A stretch of 64,000 nucleotides of DNA from assembly GCF_001194135.2 (NCBI RefSeq), contig NC_068981.1, forward strand, positions 34,619,583-34,683,582, read 5' to 3'. A model generated the notes under the pieces. That model had not been told where the DNA came from. It saw only the letters and a list, made by a program, of their open reading frames with translations, and did not search any database. The position numbers and the translations under genes are program-made. How positions within the stretch are numbered: the stretch's first letter is position 1; each line of letters begins with the position of its first letter. Positions 1-12,627 of this stretch are shown piece after piece. The DNA is from Octopus bimaculoides. Lineage: Eukaryota.

Positions 1-53
<53 letters not shown>

Positions 54-439
54 TTGCCTCCCACCCACTTCAGTGCTTAGTGGTTCGGCAACAGACACCA
101 ATGGAATAGATACCAGACTTTTAAAAAGTAAGTACAGGAGTCAATTTCTTGGACCGAAACCCTTCAAGGCGATACCCCAGCAAAGCCGCAGATCATTGAC
201 TGAAACAAGTTTAAGATAAAAGATTATCGTTAAAATGATATTGGGATTATGACACTAAGGTAAGTGAAGGATGACTGAATAGTTAAAAAAAGTTCGCTTC
301 GCAGTCTCCAAAGTATTCAACCATGGTGTTCGATCCCCACTGTGTGGAATCTTTGACTCATACCGTGTGAGTGAAACAGAATAGTTGGAAACTGCATAGA
401 ATCCTGTCGGGTGGATTACACTTGTAATTCCAATAAGTA

Positions 440-1125
440 CTGCCTTGGTATACACAAGGGCTATGCTAAAGGTTCACGTACAAGGTTTATTCTAGAAGTT
501 TTGAGGCGTTTTAGGAGAAGCAGTTATAATTGTCCAAAATTATAGTGTATCACTACTATACATCTAATAAGCTGACCTGCCAACTTCTTATTCCAGGCTG
601 AAGGAGACGATTGTAACACACTGGATACACACTACTAAACTCAGCTTGTCACGACCTACTGCAAACAATTTGTCACTGTTCCATCCTGGTAACCAACAAC
701 TTGGCAGATATAAGCATCAAAAATGTCCTTCACCCTCGCTACAGTCCAGACCTTAGTCTCTGTAGCTTTTGGTCGTTCACCAAGCTGATGGAGAAACTCA
801 GGAATAATCGTTTTGAAGACTGAAAAGATGATGAGGGCTGTGACAAGGGTCCCGGACACCTTCACTTTGAAAGACTTCCATGGGGCCTCCCCGAAGGGGC
901 AGGAGTGCTACAAGAACATTAAAGTCAAAGGATCCTTCTTTGAAGGAGATTAAGGTTTTGTACTCATTTGAAATGAATAAATATCTCTCCTTAACAAGTC
1001 TCAGTGCTTCTGGAATACACATCGTATCTATGGAGTGCTCAGCTACTTACAGATTAATTCGAGGGCAGGTAATTCATTTGATAGAACAACTAAATCTTCA
1101 GCATCGTACGACGGAGATCCATCAT
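440..1125 (+). mobile_element. Old SINE family C copy split by the mariner
   Basis: caagggctatgctaaaggttcacgta (left flank) and tctatggagtgctcagctac...cgtacgacggag (right flank) join into the family C tail cgagaactacgttaagggtacacgtgtctgtggagtgctcagcc seen at 45700-45830. Confidence 0.65.
481..1024 (+). mobile_element. Internally deleted mariner (Tc1/mariner) element retaining the transposase C-terminus
   Basis: Translation from ~710: IKNVLHPRYSPDLSLCSFWSFTKLMEKLRNNRFED, then after a frameshift AVTRVPDTFTLKDFHGA...KVKGSFFEGD* (stop 951-953); matches the mariner YSPDL motif and C-terminus. Degenerate TIRs including flanking TA (tacaaggtttattctagaag vs rc tacgatgtgtattccagaag, 16/20). TA at 479-480 and 1025-1026. 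Confidence 0.85.
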
Positions 1126-1289
1126 TATGTCTTTAAGTTATATATGAATTCAACAACCAAAAGATTGCTATTTGGACCAAGTTGAGTCTTATTCAGATTC
1201 ATTACAGTCAACACTATATCTAGTAGATCTATTATATGTATTCCATTTATATCTAGAATGTTTTATAGGAAAATTAATCGATTTTATTA

Positions 1290-1410
1290 ATTGTTTTATC
1301 GACCTCGAAGGGATGAAAGGCAAACTTCATTTCGTAAAGGGCCGTAACTAAATACCGTGATCACTTTGTTCGATGCTCGAACGATTCTGCTAATTTGCTA
1401 TCTCGAGGAG
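1290..1410 (-). mobile_element. Degenerate SINE family B fragment
   Basis: Reverse complement contains gcctttcatcccttcgaggtcgataaaa, the family B core. Confidence 0.6.
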
Positions 1411-1484
1411 ACAATTAAACTTTAAATAATTAACCTAATCCAATAAAATATTTCTGGTCTTGCTCTATAATAGATAAATTAAAC

Positions 1485-1865
<381 letters not shown>

Positions 1866-1876
1866 AAAACTAGTAA

Positions 1877-2222
1877 GGTGTGGCTGTGTAGTAAGAAGCT
1901 TGCTTCTCAACCACATGATTCCGGGTTCAGTCTTACTGTGTGGCACCTTGGGCAAGTATCTTCTACTATAGTTTCTGGCCGATCAAAGTCTTGTGAGAAG
2001 ATTTAGTAGATGGAAATTAAAAGAAACCCGTCGTATGAATGTGTGTGTGTTTGTACCCCTACCATCGCTTGACAACTGATGCTGGTGTGTTTGTTTCCCC
2101 ATAATTTTGCGGTTCGGCAAAGGATAACGATAGAATAAGTACTAGGCTAACAAAGAATAAATCTTGAGGTCGATTTCTTCCAGCATGGCCGCAGTCAAAT
2201 GACTGAAACAAGTAAAAGAATA
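1877..2222 (+). mobile_element. Near full-length tRNA-derived SINE family A (CORE-like; resembles octopus OR2-type SINEs)
   Basis: A-box-like tggctgtgtagt, B-box-like ggttcagtc, CORE-like ggcaccttgggcaagt, 3' end gactgaaacaagtaaaaga. More than 12 related copies in the window. The family name is from memory and unverified. Confidence 0.85.
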
Positions 2223-2611
2223 ATAGAAACAATTTGTTCGACTATTAGCCTCCTAGGCTATGCCCCAGTGTGGCCACAGTCGAATGGCTGAAATGAATAA
2301 AAGATTAAGGGAAATCAAAATATGTCATTATTAAAGTGTATAGAGAAAGACTAATTCATGCAAAGAATCCAGGATTTCGCGTAGGCTGAAGTTTTTATAT
2401 TCTCTTCATTTCTTCAGTTCAATTTTCTTGTATCCTTGATTTTTAACGTGTGTTTTCAATTGTGAATGTAGAGCAAAGGTAGGGAAACTGCAATAGTAAG
2501 GCCTTCTGAAATGCTATTTGCAGCTCACTGTAGATTTTCAAGTGTCATATGCAATTTTGTGAATGAAGTACAACGTTTGAGGGGGAAATTGTTATATTGG
2601 AATATATTCTA

Positions 2612-2738
2612 CAGGGTGTCCACACGGTCTGGGTACATGGAGTAAATAAAATCATAACATAAACAATTAAATATAAGAAATAATAATTTCTTAAAGTATG
2701 TGTTGATCCCCATGTACCCAGACTTTGTGGACACCCTG
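2612..2738. mobile_element. 127-bp Tc1/mariner-type MITE
   Basis: 29-bp TIRs cagggtgtccacacggtctgggtacatgg / rc cagggtgtccacaaagtctgggtacatgg (27/29). TA duplication at 2610-2611 and 2739-2740. Confidence 0.9.
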
Positions 2739-3164
2739 TATTTACGTAAAGACTTGTAAAGTTTTTTTCAGCGGAGTGCATATTGTGATAACACTTATTC
2801 CTTCATTTATCTACCTTTGTAAATTAACCGTCAGGGGGCTCATTCCGAAACTCCGAATTATTACATTATTTTCATGTTTTTATGAATAAAGATATCTGAT
2901 AAAATAATTTTTTACATTTTTTATTTAAGTTTTATTTATTCATTNNNNNNNNNNCGGAATTCAGACTTTTCTGCAAGTTGTTGATATTGATGCTGAATCA
3001 TTTGAGGAATGTACTCAACCAATCCGATTCTAACTTTCCAGACTGTTAACTTCATGTTTAGTATAAGAAAAAAGTTAAGTTTGTGTTTACGCCTACACTA
3101 TTATTCGATCAGTTTGATCTTCACTCACATGGACATGTATGTGTGCGTGTCAGTGTGTGTGTGT

Positions 3165-3201
<37 letters not shown>

Positions 3202-3609
3202 TGTGTGTTTCGCCAGCAGAAAAAGCGATGACGTTCTCTTGTTGCCTTTGCCACTGTCAGAAATACGGAGAACCAACCTGTGATTAGTTTGTGGGAAGCC
3301 TATAATCATCGGCGCTATTGTTCTCAAATTCCTTTACAAATAAATAAATAAAGTGTCATGGTCACTTCCTTTTCATAACAAGTACGGCTATCATCGGTGT
3401 TTGCTTTTATCCTGGTTATATTAGTAGATTAGTAAGCGTCGAGAGTCAAATCCCGCCGTGGTCTATAAAACAAATACAAAGAGTTACTGGGTTCATCAAG
3501 CCGACAGAGCATTTTTATAAATACTACTATATTTCATGTTTTGTTATATTACTTGTTTCAGTTAATTCGACTGCGGTCATGTTGGGACATCGCCTTGAAG
3601 CGTTTAGTC

Positions 3610-4093
3610 CAGGGTTCGGGGAACTTTTTTAACCAATTACCCCCAAATATATTTATTTATTCCGTCGTTACCCCCCTTGATGTGAAAGGAAGATAATCAT
3701 AGATTCTTTCAATTCAAAAGGTTTATTGAATCTATTTACATGAAGAAAACAATTATAAATATTAAAAGTATAAAAGAAATGCGATAAAATAAATTAATAT
3801 CCTCATTATGAAACAACAGGATTTTTCTAGAAACTTTTTCACTTCAGGTTTTGGCGGAATGATGTTCACAACGCCTTACCAACCAAATTGTTTGTAGTTC
3901 AAAATGGCGTAACGTCTCCTAAACACATCCATTACATTAGACAGATGCAGTGTTACCAGAAGAAAATTTTCTGTCGTAACAAGGAACACGTATTTTTTTA
4001 TATAATTTTAATTATGTCTAATGACTCCGCATTACCCCAAGAATTTAATTTTTACCCCATTTGGGGTTATTTGCCCCGGTTCGCCAACCTCTG
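3610..4093. mobile_element. Non-autonomous hAT (Charlie-like) element inserted in a SINE A copy
   Basis: CAG...CTG ends with degenerate TIRs (cagggttcggggaac / rc cagaggttggcgaac). 8-bp TSD gtttagtc (3602-3609) / gtttagcc (4094-4101). Flanks rejoin as the SINE A minus-strand sequence. Confidence 0.8.
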
Positions 4094-4959
4094 GTTTAGC
4101 CGAACATATGGACCCAGTTCTGGTTTGTTTATGTTCCCGTAATTTATCGGCTCGGCAAAGGAAACTCATAGAACAGGTAACAGACACTAGGAATGTGTGT
4201 AGTGGGTTCGATATGTTGGACTAAACCCTTCAAAGCAGTACTTTAGTATGACCGTAGTAAGCAGTGTGAAAATAATGAGATGGTCACAGTCGAAACTTTT
4301 TCAGTCATAGGTCTACTGAATTGGATCAAATAACAACAGCAACAGCAACAATAACAACGGGAAGGAAAGATACGCGTTGGAACGTAACCCAAGGTACACC
4401 ATATGCAAAAAAAAAGCAAAGCAAAAAAAAAAGAAAGAAAACAAGATATTAAAAAGAATGAGTGGTCAAAACTGAAACGTTTCTGATCATGTTTTTTTAA
4501 TCAGGACTGATGTGAGGCTAAACAATGACAACATTGACAAAAACAGCAGCAGCAGCGCTGATTGCAACATCGATGACGACAACCCAATGAAGAGGACTAT
4601 ACTCGACCTGCCAGAAGAAATAGCTAGCTAAATTTCCCTCAGATCAGTCTTTATTCACTTTTTTTTTTAAATGGATACACTGAACAATGTAGTCCTCAAA
4701 AATAGCAAAAGGATGGTCAAGGTTGGAACGGTTTTGATCATGCGTCTGCTTAATCAGGACTGACCTGGTAGAGAAAACGAGACTATCAATGACAAAAGCG
4801 AGGTCTCCTTTATCAGCAGCGGCAGCAGCAGTGGCAGCAGCAGCAACAACAACAACAACAACGTCTAACCTCCTTCATGCCCTCACATTTCCACAGCTTT
4901 ATCAAGTCGTCAGGAATTAGGTCAACCCTTTGTCCTCCTCTCACTGTCATTTTTTCTCT

Positions 4960-5520
4960 ACTAACCAACTCCCAATTTCTCTTTTTCTCTAACTCAGTCT
5001 CTCCTTCTCTCGCTTATTCTCTTTCTCCCTCTTTCTTTTCTCTTCTCGCTGTTTCTTTTACTCACCCTTTATGTTTCCTCTTCCTTTCTTTCACTATTTC
5101 TCTTACTCATTTAGTTTTCTTTATCGCTTTCCTTTTCTCTGCCTGCTTTTTCTATATCTCTCACTTTTCTCTTTCTTTCTGACTCTCTCACAAACTGTTC
5201 ACTCATTTGTCTTTTGACCCCCTCTATTTCTCTCTCTGTCTTTCTTTCTCTTTCTCTCTCTCTCCCTCCCCGTCTCTCTCTCTCTTATACACACATACAC
5301 ACACACATACACACAGGGACTCTATGTCTCATTCTCTCATGTTATTCATAGCCTCTCTATATCTGTCTCTCTGTCTTTATTTCTCTTGTTTTTCACCATT
5401 TGCCTCTCCCTCTCTTTCTCTCCACATCTGTTTTCCTTACTCCCTTTCTCTCGTACCCTTTCTATCCTTCTTTCTTCCTCCCATATTTCTGTCTCACTAT
5501 CTCCCTATCTCTCCCATTGT
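4960..5520. repeat. Pyrimidine-rich (CT/CTT) low-complexity tract
   Basis: Degenerate CT-rich sequence; the overlapping Leu/Ser/Phe ORFs are compositional artefacts. Confidence 0.9.
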
Positions 5521-5872
5521 TTCTGGATTTCACTATCGTCCTTCTCAGCACAATAAGAGACACCTTTCCACTCCGGTTCAACACCCTTTCACCTAACTGT
5601 CCACTCTTTAATTATCCTTTTCGCTTTTTATTATTTACTCTTTTAATATTATTTCGTTCCATTCTTAAATTACGTGTTACTATATTTTTTAACATTCATA
5701 TTTATAAATATTTTTTTAAATATTTGTTTGGCCTTGCAGAAGGAGTTCTGCCATGGCTTTCGTAAGATCTCAAAGACCAGACAGATAAATGCGGTTAATA
5801 TTCCTTCCTCATCCATGCAACCACCACCTGTCTATGAAACTTTGTGCAGCTGAATAAATCTATACACACATG

Positions 5873-6074
5873 TTGTTGGCACTCCGTCGCTTACGGCATC
5901 GAGGGTTCCAGTTGATCCGATCAACGGAACAGCCTGCTCGTGAAATTAACGTGCAAGTGGCTGAGCACTCCACAGACACGTGTACCCTTAACGTAGTTCT
6001 CGGAGATATTCAGCGTGACACAGAGTGACAAGGCTGACCCTTTGAATTACAGGCCCAACAGAAACAGGAAGTAA
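5873..6074 (-). mobile_element. 5'-truncated SINE family C copy
   Basis: Highly similar to 6140-6330 and to the reverse complement of 45630-45831. Confidence 0.9.
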
Positions 6075-6139
6075 TTTTAGGATGTGCACTTTGGTAATGG
6101 CTGCTCTTGTGAGTAGGAATTGAGCGTCTAGTTCCTGGT

Positions 6140-6497
6140 TGTTGGCACTCCGTCGCTTACGACGTCGAGGGTTCTAGTTGATCCAATCAACAGAACAGAC
6201 TGCTCGTGAAATTAACGTGCAAGTGGCTGAGCACTCCATAGACACGTGTACCCTTAACGTAGTTCTCGGGAATATTCAGCGTGACACAAGGTTGACCCTT
6301 TGAATTACAGGCACAACAGAAACAGGAAATAAGAGTGAGAGAAAGTTGTGGTGGAAGAGTACAGCAGGGTTCGCCACCATCCCCTGCCGAAGCCTCGTGG
6401 AGCTTTTAGGTGTTTTCGCTCAATAAACACTCACAACGCCCGGTTTGGGAATCGAAACCGCGAGTCCGCTGCCCTAACCACTGGGCCATTGCGCCTC
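6140..6497 (-). mobile_element. Full-length tRNA-derived SINE family C with 12-bp TSD
   Basis: Minus strand begins gaggcgcaatggcccagtggttagggcagcgg...gtttcgattccc (A/B-box-like). TSD ctagttcctggt at 6128-6139 and 6498-6509. Confidence 0.92.
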
Positions 6498-6699
6498 CTA
6501 GTTCCTGGTAAATGGGTGAATTTGCAATCAGTGTCGGTGCACAGCCTCTTGCGTAATGAATAACGGCATATTTTGGGGGGTTTCGTGCGTAGGCTGTGAG
6601 TGGCATAGATTTTAATTTGTGTACATTTGTGTTTGGCAAATTCATTAAGGAGTCATCAAGCAAGCATTTAGTCGGTTGATCACAAATTGGAATAGTAGT

Positions 6700-7085
6700 A
6701 GTAGGTTGAAGCTGTGTCTGTTGCTGTTTTTGTGGTGACTGTTGTAGTTGTAATTGTCGTTGCTGTGGTGGTGATTCTTGTTGTATTTGTTGCTGTTGTT
6801 GAAGATTTGATGGGTGGGTAATAAACTCTGGTTGAATGGGCTGTGAACAGCTGGAATCTGAGAAGTTGACCGTTTCATTAAGTAGGTCATCAATTGTGGT
6901 TGAATTAAGGGGTGTTAGAGGTTGGGGCTGAGTTAGTTATTGTTGCTGTGATGGTTGTTGTTGTTGTTGTTGTTGCTGCTGCTGTTGCTGTGGTGGTTGT
7001 CGTTGCCGTGGTGGTGGTGGTGGTGGTGGTGGTGGTTGTCGTTGATGTTATGGTTATTGTTGTTGCTGTGGTGGTGGTCGTTGTT
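6700..7085. repeat. Degenerate GTT/GTG/GCT trinucleotide low-complexity tract
   Basis: Direct reading; gives poly-Thr/Val/Asn/His pseudo-ORFs in several frames. Confidence 0.9.
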
Positions 7086-7389
7086 CCTATTGAACAGTAT
7101 TTCAAGAGAAAACACGTTGGAGTGTTTCAAAATGTCTGTTGATTAAAATGCCGCTTCAATTTGTTTTAGTTTGTTTTGAATCTGCTTCACGGAGCGATTT
7201 CTTAAGAACTGTACGTCTGTCTATTAGGTCTCAGCACAATGTGTGTATGTTCTCTGTTTGGGAAAAACAGTACCATGAATTTATTAGAAGGTCTATTTCA
7301 TTCTCAGACTATTTTTGTTTAGATTTTTGTTGTTGAGTAGTCATCCTAGAGTTTTGGTTTTTTTAAAAACTATATTTGTTAATTAGGCG

Positions 7390-7778
7390 TAACTACAGAT
7401 TCCTGCCCCCTCCCGACTTTGGATGATGATAACTTTCAGAAAAATGGATATTTTTTAATGAAATTTTCTACGAATATGTGTTATATCATGTAGATTCCGA
7501 ATATGTGTTTTAGGAGGGGTGGAGTTAGGAATTTCAGAAAATTCACTGGCGTCCACTTCAATTCGTTTTAACTTTCAAGAAAATAGATATTTTTTAATGA
7601 AATTTTCTACAAGTATACTTCGGACTATGTACATTCCGAAAACATAGGAATTTGGGGGAAAACAATTGGAGCTTACTCTTGAGGACCGTTCCCCACTCGG
7701 GGGTGTTTCGGAACAAGTCGTCCATATTTGTTTCATTTTCTCCGTTTTGTGCGTTTGTGCATCCGTAGATTTCTAGTC
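7390..7778 (+). mobile_element. Putative non-autonomous rolling-circle (Helitron/Helentron-like) element with ~140-bp internal duplication
   Basis: Two copies of taactttcagaaaaatggatattttttaatgaaattttctac...attccgaa (~7430-7520 and ~7570-7658); ends in agatttCTAGT. The superfamily assignment is inference. Confidence 0.4.
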
Positions 7779-7867
7779 CTCACACGCACATATATATGTA
7801 ATTGAAAAAGTTCAAACGGGGAATTATTCTATTCTATTCAATGTCTTTCTGTTAGAAAACAAAGAAT

Positions 7868-7990
7868 GTTTCCGTCTACCAAATCCACTCACAAGGCTTT
7901 GGTCGGCCCGAGGCTATAGTAGAAGACACTTGCCCAAGGTGCCATGCAGTGGGACTGAACCTGGAACCATGTGGCTCGTAAGCAAGCGAC
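7868..7990 (-). mobile_element. SINE family A 5' half
   Basis: Near-identical to 15605-15720 and 46485-46600. Confidence 0.9.
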
Positions 7991-8399
7991 ATATATACGA
8001 TATATACATCCATAATATATATATATCACTTATAACATAGTAATACTAATAACCTGCTGTTAGAATACGATATGCTTCAGGAAAAAGCATTAGTCGAGTA
8101 TAGAGCGTAATAAGAGATTATATAGTTGACAAGAGAACGATAAACTATCTAAGGAATTTCATTAGCTTACACCTTTTCTCTCCTTGGCAACTAGTCCAAG
8201 ACTCCTGAGCCTCAAAGTGGACCCTAATCCCAACACATCTCCTATCACCTTATCTCTACAGGAAGGCATATTGCCTTAGCATCATTGATGCTCGCTTCCC
8301 AGGGAACTCTCAGCCTTCCTATCTTTACTATATTTCTTTCCTTGAACTACATGACAAGGACGGATTTTTTGGTGGAAAGATGTGTAAAGTATAATTTAC

Positions 8400-8600
8400 C
8401 ATCTAGAACTACAAAGTCCCCTCCCATTTGGGATCATTCTTCTTGGCTACCGTGGCTGTTCCTGCAGCGTTCGTCTTTCCTACAAAACTTTATCACTCCA
8501 TGCTCCACCACGTGTGGTCACTTGCCGTTGTTAACTCCCTTTATCATTTCTGCCACATTTGCACAGACCACTCGCCTCAATTTTCCAACACTTTATGTTT
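8400..8600 (+). mobile_element. Highly decayed CR1/L2-like LINE ORF2 3' remnant
   Basis: LHHVWSLAVVNSLYHFCHIC resembles the L..RR.VASL.LFYRY.HG.C segment of CR1-group ORF2 ends. Confidence 0.3.
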
Positions 8601-11470
8601 GCACGACGTGAAAGCATGGCATAGACGGAGCCAATAAGAAAGAAAGAAAGAGAGGGGAGGAAGAGAGGGAGATAGAAAGAGAGAGAACAGCTACTATAAG
8701 TTCTCGAAGCCCATGCATATCTATTTTGTAACAGATACTACCGTCTTGAGACAAGCCGAAAGGGCCGTGCTCGTCGAAGCTTATTGGAAAACAAGAAAAA
8801 CGTCATTATATTGTTGTTGGTTTTGTCAATGTTTAGACTCAAGTCAACTCTGATTGTGTAGATCAATGTGCAAAGGCATTCCGACTGTGACCTTCCCATC
8901 TTTTTATAAGTATATAATGGCAGAAATACGCTGTTCAGTGTTGTCTTTTCGCAAGAGAGTAGGGCGTGATTTGAAAGAGATTTAGCTACTATTTCAAGCT
9001 CACTGATGTAAATGAGTGAAAGTAAGTCTTTATGTTTGATTGTTGAAATATTGTATTTATAAGAGGGCTCATTCTCGAGGAATTCACTGAGAAAAGACAA
9101 GTCACTTAAAAGTTCAATCCAAAAAGAGATCAGATGTGACCACGTCTTTGAAAAATAGAGGTCAGTTTAAAAAAGCTATGATTTTCTAAAATAAAATCCA
9201 TCGATAATAGCTTAAGAGGGAAAAGTGCTTTTATTAAAACAGATTGCTACCTGTTTATTTAATTGTAGTTCACTGCGGTCAAGCTTCATCAATACCTCTA
9301 AGTAGAAATATACTTCCTCGAGAATAAATGACCATATAAACAAATTGCAACGGAAAGTCGATAACGGAATTTCATTGAATAACAGTAAAATACATGTAAA
9401 AACCACAGAAGTTCAGTTTCCCTTTGACTATATTGAATACAACCATAAATCACAAATATAATGCTTAAGGGCAGTGAAATTGCTCAGTTTACCAGGAGAA
9501 CAACACAGCTTTACTGCTCTAACAAGTCCTAGAGTTTATAATCAATCGATATAAGAAATACTAGATAATGAAAGACAAAAAGAATGAAACAGCCACTATT
9601 TTACACCTTTGAGTCACATGCAGAAAATATGTATTTGCAGCATGGTATTTTATTTGTCAAAATCGAACAATCTATACTGTATTGAACTTTCAAGCTCTTT
9701 AATTATTCCGACAGCTAATCAATATTTGTTATATTTTGCCTTAAATCGAATTATGTAGCAGAGTCCAGAAAGATTTTTTTACATTATTACTGAACGTTAT
9801 AAGTTGTTTGAAATGTAACGTGCTGTTCTTTGGGTTAGAAGAGCTGTGTTATAAAAATAGAAGAAAGTGTATGGCTAACTCGGCGAGATATTAGACTAGT
9901 CGAGATGTCAGCAGTTTTCAATATTTAACACTGCACTGTCCATGGTTAAAAAAACATCACAGCACCCAAATGATTGTTAACGGTGATGTATCAAAGAACC
10001 ACAGCATAAGAACAACTCTGGTGTACGCAGAAGCGTAAAATTGTAAATGAAACAGTTTCATTGGTTTTCAATACTTGAAAAAGGACTGGGCTCTACAGAG
10101 CTGACTTGCACTAGATGCATTATATGAAATCGAAATCGTCAGTGAAAAAATAAACGTGAATGTAGTTATATCGGTTTTAAAACATAAAGCGTAAAGGCCT
10201 TTATTAAACTATGGAGGTCTCTTTTATGTGAAGTGGCTTATTGGAAAATGGGATTTTTCGTGTTCCTCCTCCTCTCGATCATTAGCCGTGTTAATGATGT
10301 GAAATTACTTCAAAAAGAGTTCGAAAAGGGGTTTGTGGAATCGGCTTGATCCATTTTATACGAGCGAGTGTGGTTACATTAAAACGAAATAATCAACAAC
10401 AGTTTTGCTGCAAAATTTAAAACGCATCTAATTAGTAGATATCGGTGAAGGCTTCTGAAATGTACCACTTTATCAGAAGCAGTACATCCTCACTGATTAG
10501 AGTCATAGAAAAGAATAGTATGAAGCATACCACACAACCTGTTGTGGGAGACACAAGGTTTCAGTAAGGCTCCAATTGTGCAATGGTTTATAGGATTCCA
10601 ACCATCAGCATGATTTTTTCCAGACAGGCGGCGAACTGGTAGAGTCATGAGAGGAGAAGATAAAATGCGTCGCAGGATTTATTCCGACTCCGCGCTCTTA
10701 GATCAAATGTTACAGAGGTCAGCTTTGTTTTTATCCTTTTGGTGTCTATAATAAAGTACCAATCCAGAATTGGGGATTGGTGGAACTGTAAAAACATTGT
10801 ACCGGTTACATTGTGCTGCCTGTTCCGGCTATTTGCGTTTCTGTGTTCAAATCGTGCCGTGGCCTACATGAGTGATAGATTTAATCTGTTATCCGGTTTA
10901 ATATCACCACCAGTCACCTCGGGTGTTTTTAGCGGTGTCTACTCAGTTGCAGGCATTTGCATCAGGTCTCTGGTTTTAGGATATCTTCCTCTCCATCCAG
11001 CAGTCTCGAAAACTCTTTAAAAAATCATGGACACTATTTTCCTTTCTGACTGAATGAGAGAAAAAACGAAACAACTGTATACTTGCAACGAACCAATGAA
11101 GAAATCTCGATCCAGATGCTCGACCTTCTAGAAATATCTGCTTAATCTCTCTCAAATCACAATATATAAAACAAGAAGAACACCATGTGTAATATAATTC
11201 TAGTTTCAGTTTGCCTAAACTCAAGACAGTATGATCACAGCCGAAACAATAAAAGGTCTTTCCTATCGAAGTACACACACACAGACACTAACACTCTCAT
11301 GCACACAAGTTCACATCCATAAGTCGGGAACAAAAGCACTTACAATATAAGTAATATAGCGGGTACAGTTTTATATAGCGAAGTAATTATATTACTGGTT
11401 ATGGGACATAACTGATCAGAATGGTACCATCAATTTCGCGTCAACCAGTAATATAGTGCTTGACGATGTG

Positions 11471-12395
11471 GGATCTATTTCATCTCAATCACAAATTTTT
11501 TAATTAATTTAAAAAAAAAAAAGTTTGAAACTTCGAATACTGGTAGAATTTCTCACGTAGAACACGGTTTACTCTGAACGTTTTCGACAAAATTTCGTAT
11601 TTTAGAAGTTATTTCGCGTTAAATTTGCCTATTTGGGTAATTTCAACCAATCAACGACGTGTATCCAGCTGGAGAAAGCTACTGATGCTTGCGATAGTAA
11701 TCGAAGAGGAACAACTTCCGAGTCATCTCTACTAAATGTCACCACGAATCCGCAGCTAGCTTTTTTTGTTGTTGACGTAAATGTTGTTTCAAAATGCCTT
11801 ATTTTACAACTATGAGATATGTTGTTATTGTCGTGATTTTATCTTACTATAACCAACAAGAAACCCATTTCGTCAATATAAAAGTCTTTATTAGATTTTT
11901 AAAAAAAGTAACATTATCAAAACATGAAGGTAAATCAAAACAAATGGCGGCTTATACACCGGAAAATGCGGTAGTTGTAGTGGCAGTGACAAGTTCGTTC
12001 GCTGGTTGTTAGTTGACAGTGTAGAAGGGAGAGAAAGAGTAAGGAATGCACGGTGATGACTAGAAAGGAAGAAAGGATAAAGGTGGCATCGTCTTCATTC
12101 GCCATACGAAGAGAACAGAGTGGTGAAATTTAGATGACCCGGAAGCTGTTCCTCTTCGATTACTATCGCAAACAGCAGTAGCTTTCTTCAACCGATTACA
12201 CGTCGTTGATTGGTTGAAATTACCCAAATACGACAGCTTTAACACGAAATAACTTCTAAGATACACAATTTTGTCAAAAACGTTCAGAGTAAACCGTGTT
12301 CTACGTGAGAAATTCTACCAGTATTCGAAGTTTCAAACTGTTTCGTTAAAAAAAAAAATTAATTAAAAAATCTGGGATTGAGATAGAATAGATCC
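11471..12395. mobile_element. Foldback-type non-autonomous DNA element with ~265-bp TIRs
   Basis: 11471-~11730 is the reverse complement of ~12131-12395 (ggatctatt...aatttcaaccaatcaacgacgtgt...gcgatagtaatcgaagaggaaca...tcatct). ~400-bp AT-rich spacer. Possible decayed 9-bp TSD gacgatgtg/gacgagagg (6/9). Confidence 0.85.
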
Positions 12396-12519
12396 GACGA
12401 GAGGTGTCTGTGTTTGTGTGTTTCCCTACACATTCTATTACCCTCTTTGTAACATGTCATATATATATATATGTGGACCCCTTTTTGCCAATAAAGAAAG
12501 GATTATCGTTATTGTTGTT

Positions 12520-12536
12520 GCTGTTGTTGCTATTAT

Positions 12537-12601
<65 letters not shown>

Positions 12602-12627
12602 CATCATCATTATTATTATTATCATTA
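12520..12627. repeat. (ATT)n/(ATC)n microsatellite
   Basis: Direct reading. Confidence 0.97.

Noticed and set aside
4877-5765. Hydrophobic Leu/Phe/Ser ORFs resembling membrane proteins
   Set aside because: Translation of a CT-rich low-complexity tract.
6420-6497. tRNA-like sequences here and at 1877-1940, 40540-40630, 53200-53268
   Set aside because: A/B boxes are present but no complete cloverleaf; each continues into a multi-copy SINE body, so they are SINE heads, not tRNA genes.
6645-7146. Thr/Asn/His/Val-rich ORFs suggesting a mucin or membrane protein
   Set aside because: Degenerate trinucleotide tract open in several frames on both strands; no recognisable domain or splice context.
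10980-11260. Possible pogo/Tigger transposase C-terminal remnant (DPDARPSRNIC)
   Set aside because: One short resemblance, no TIRs or further motifs.
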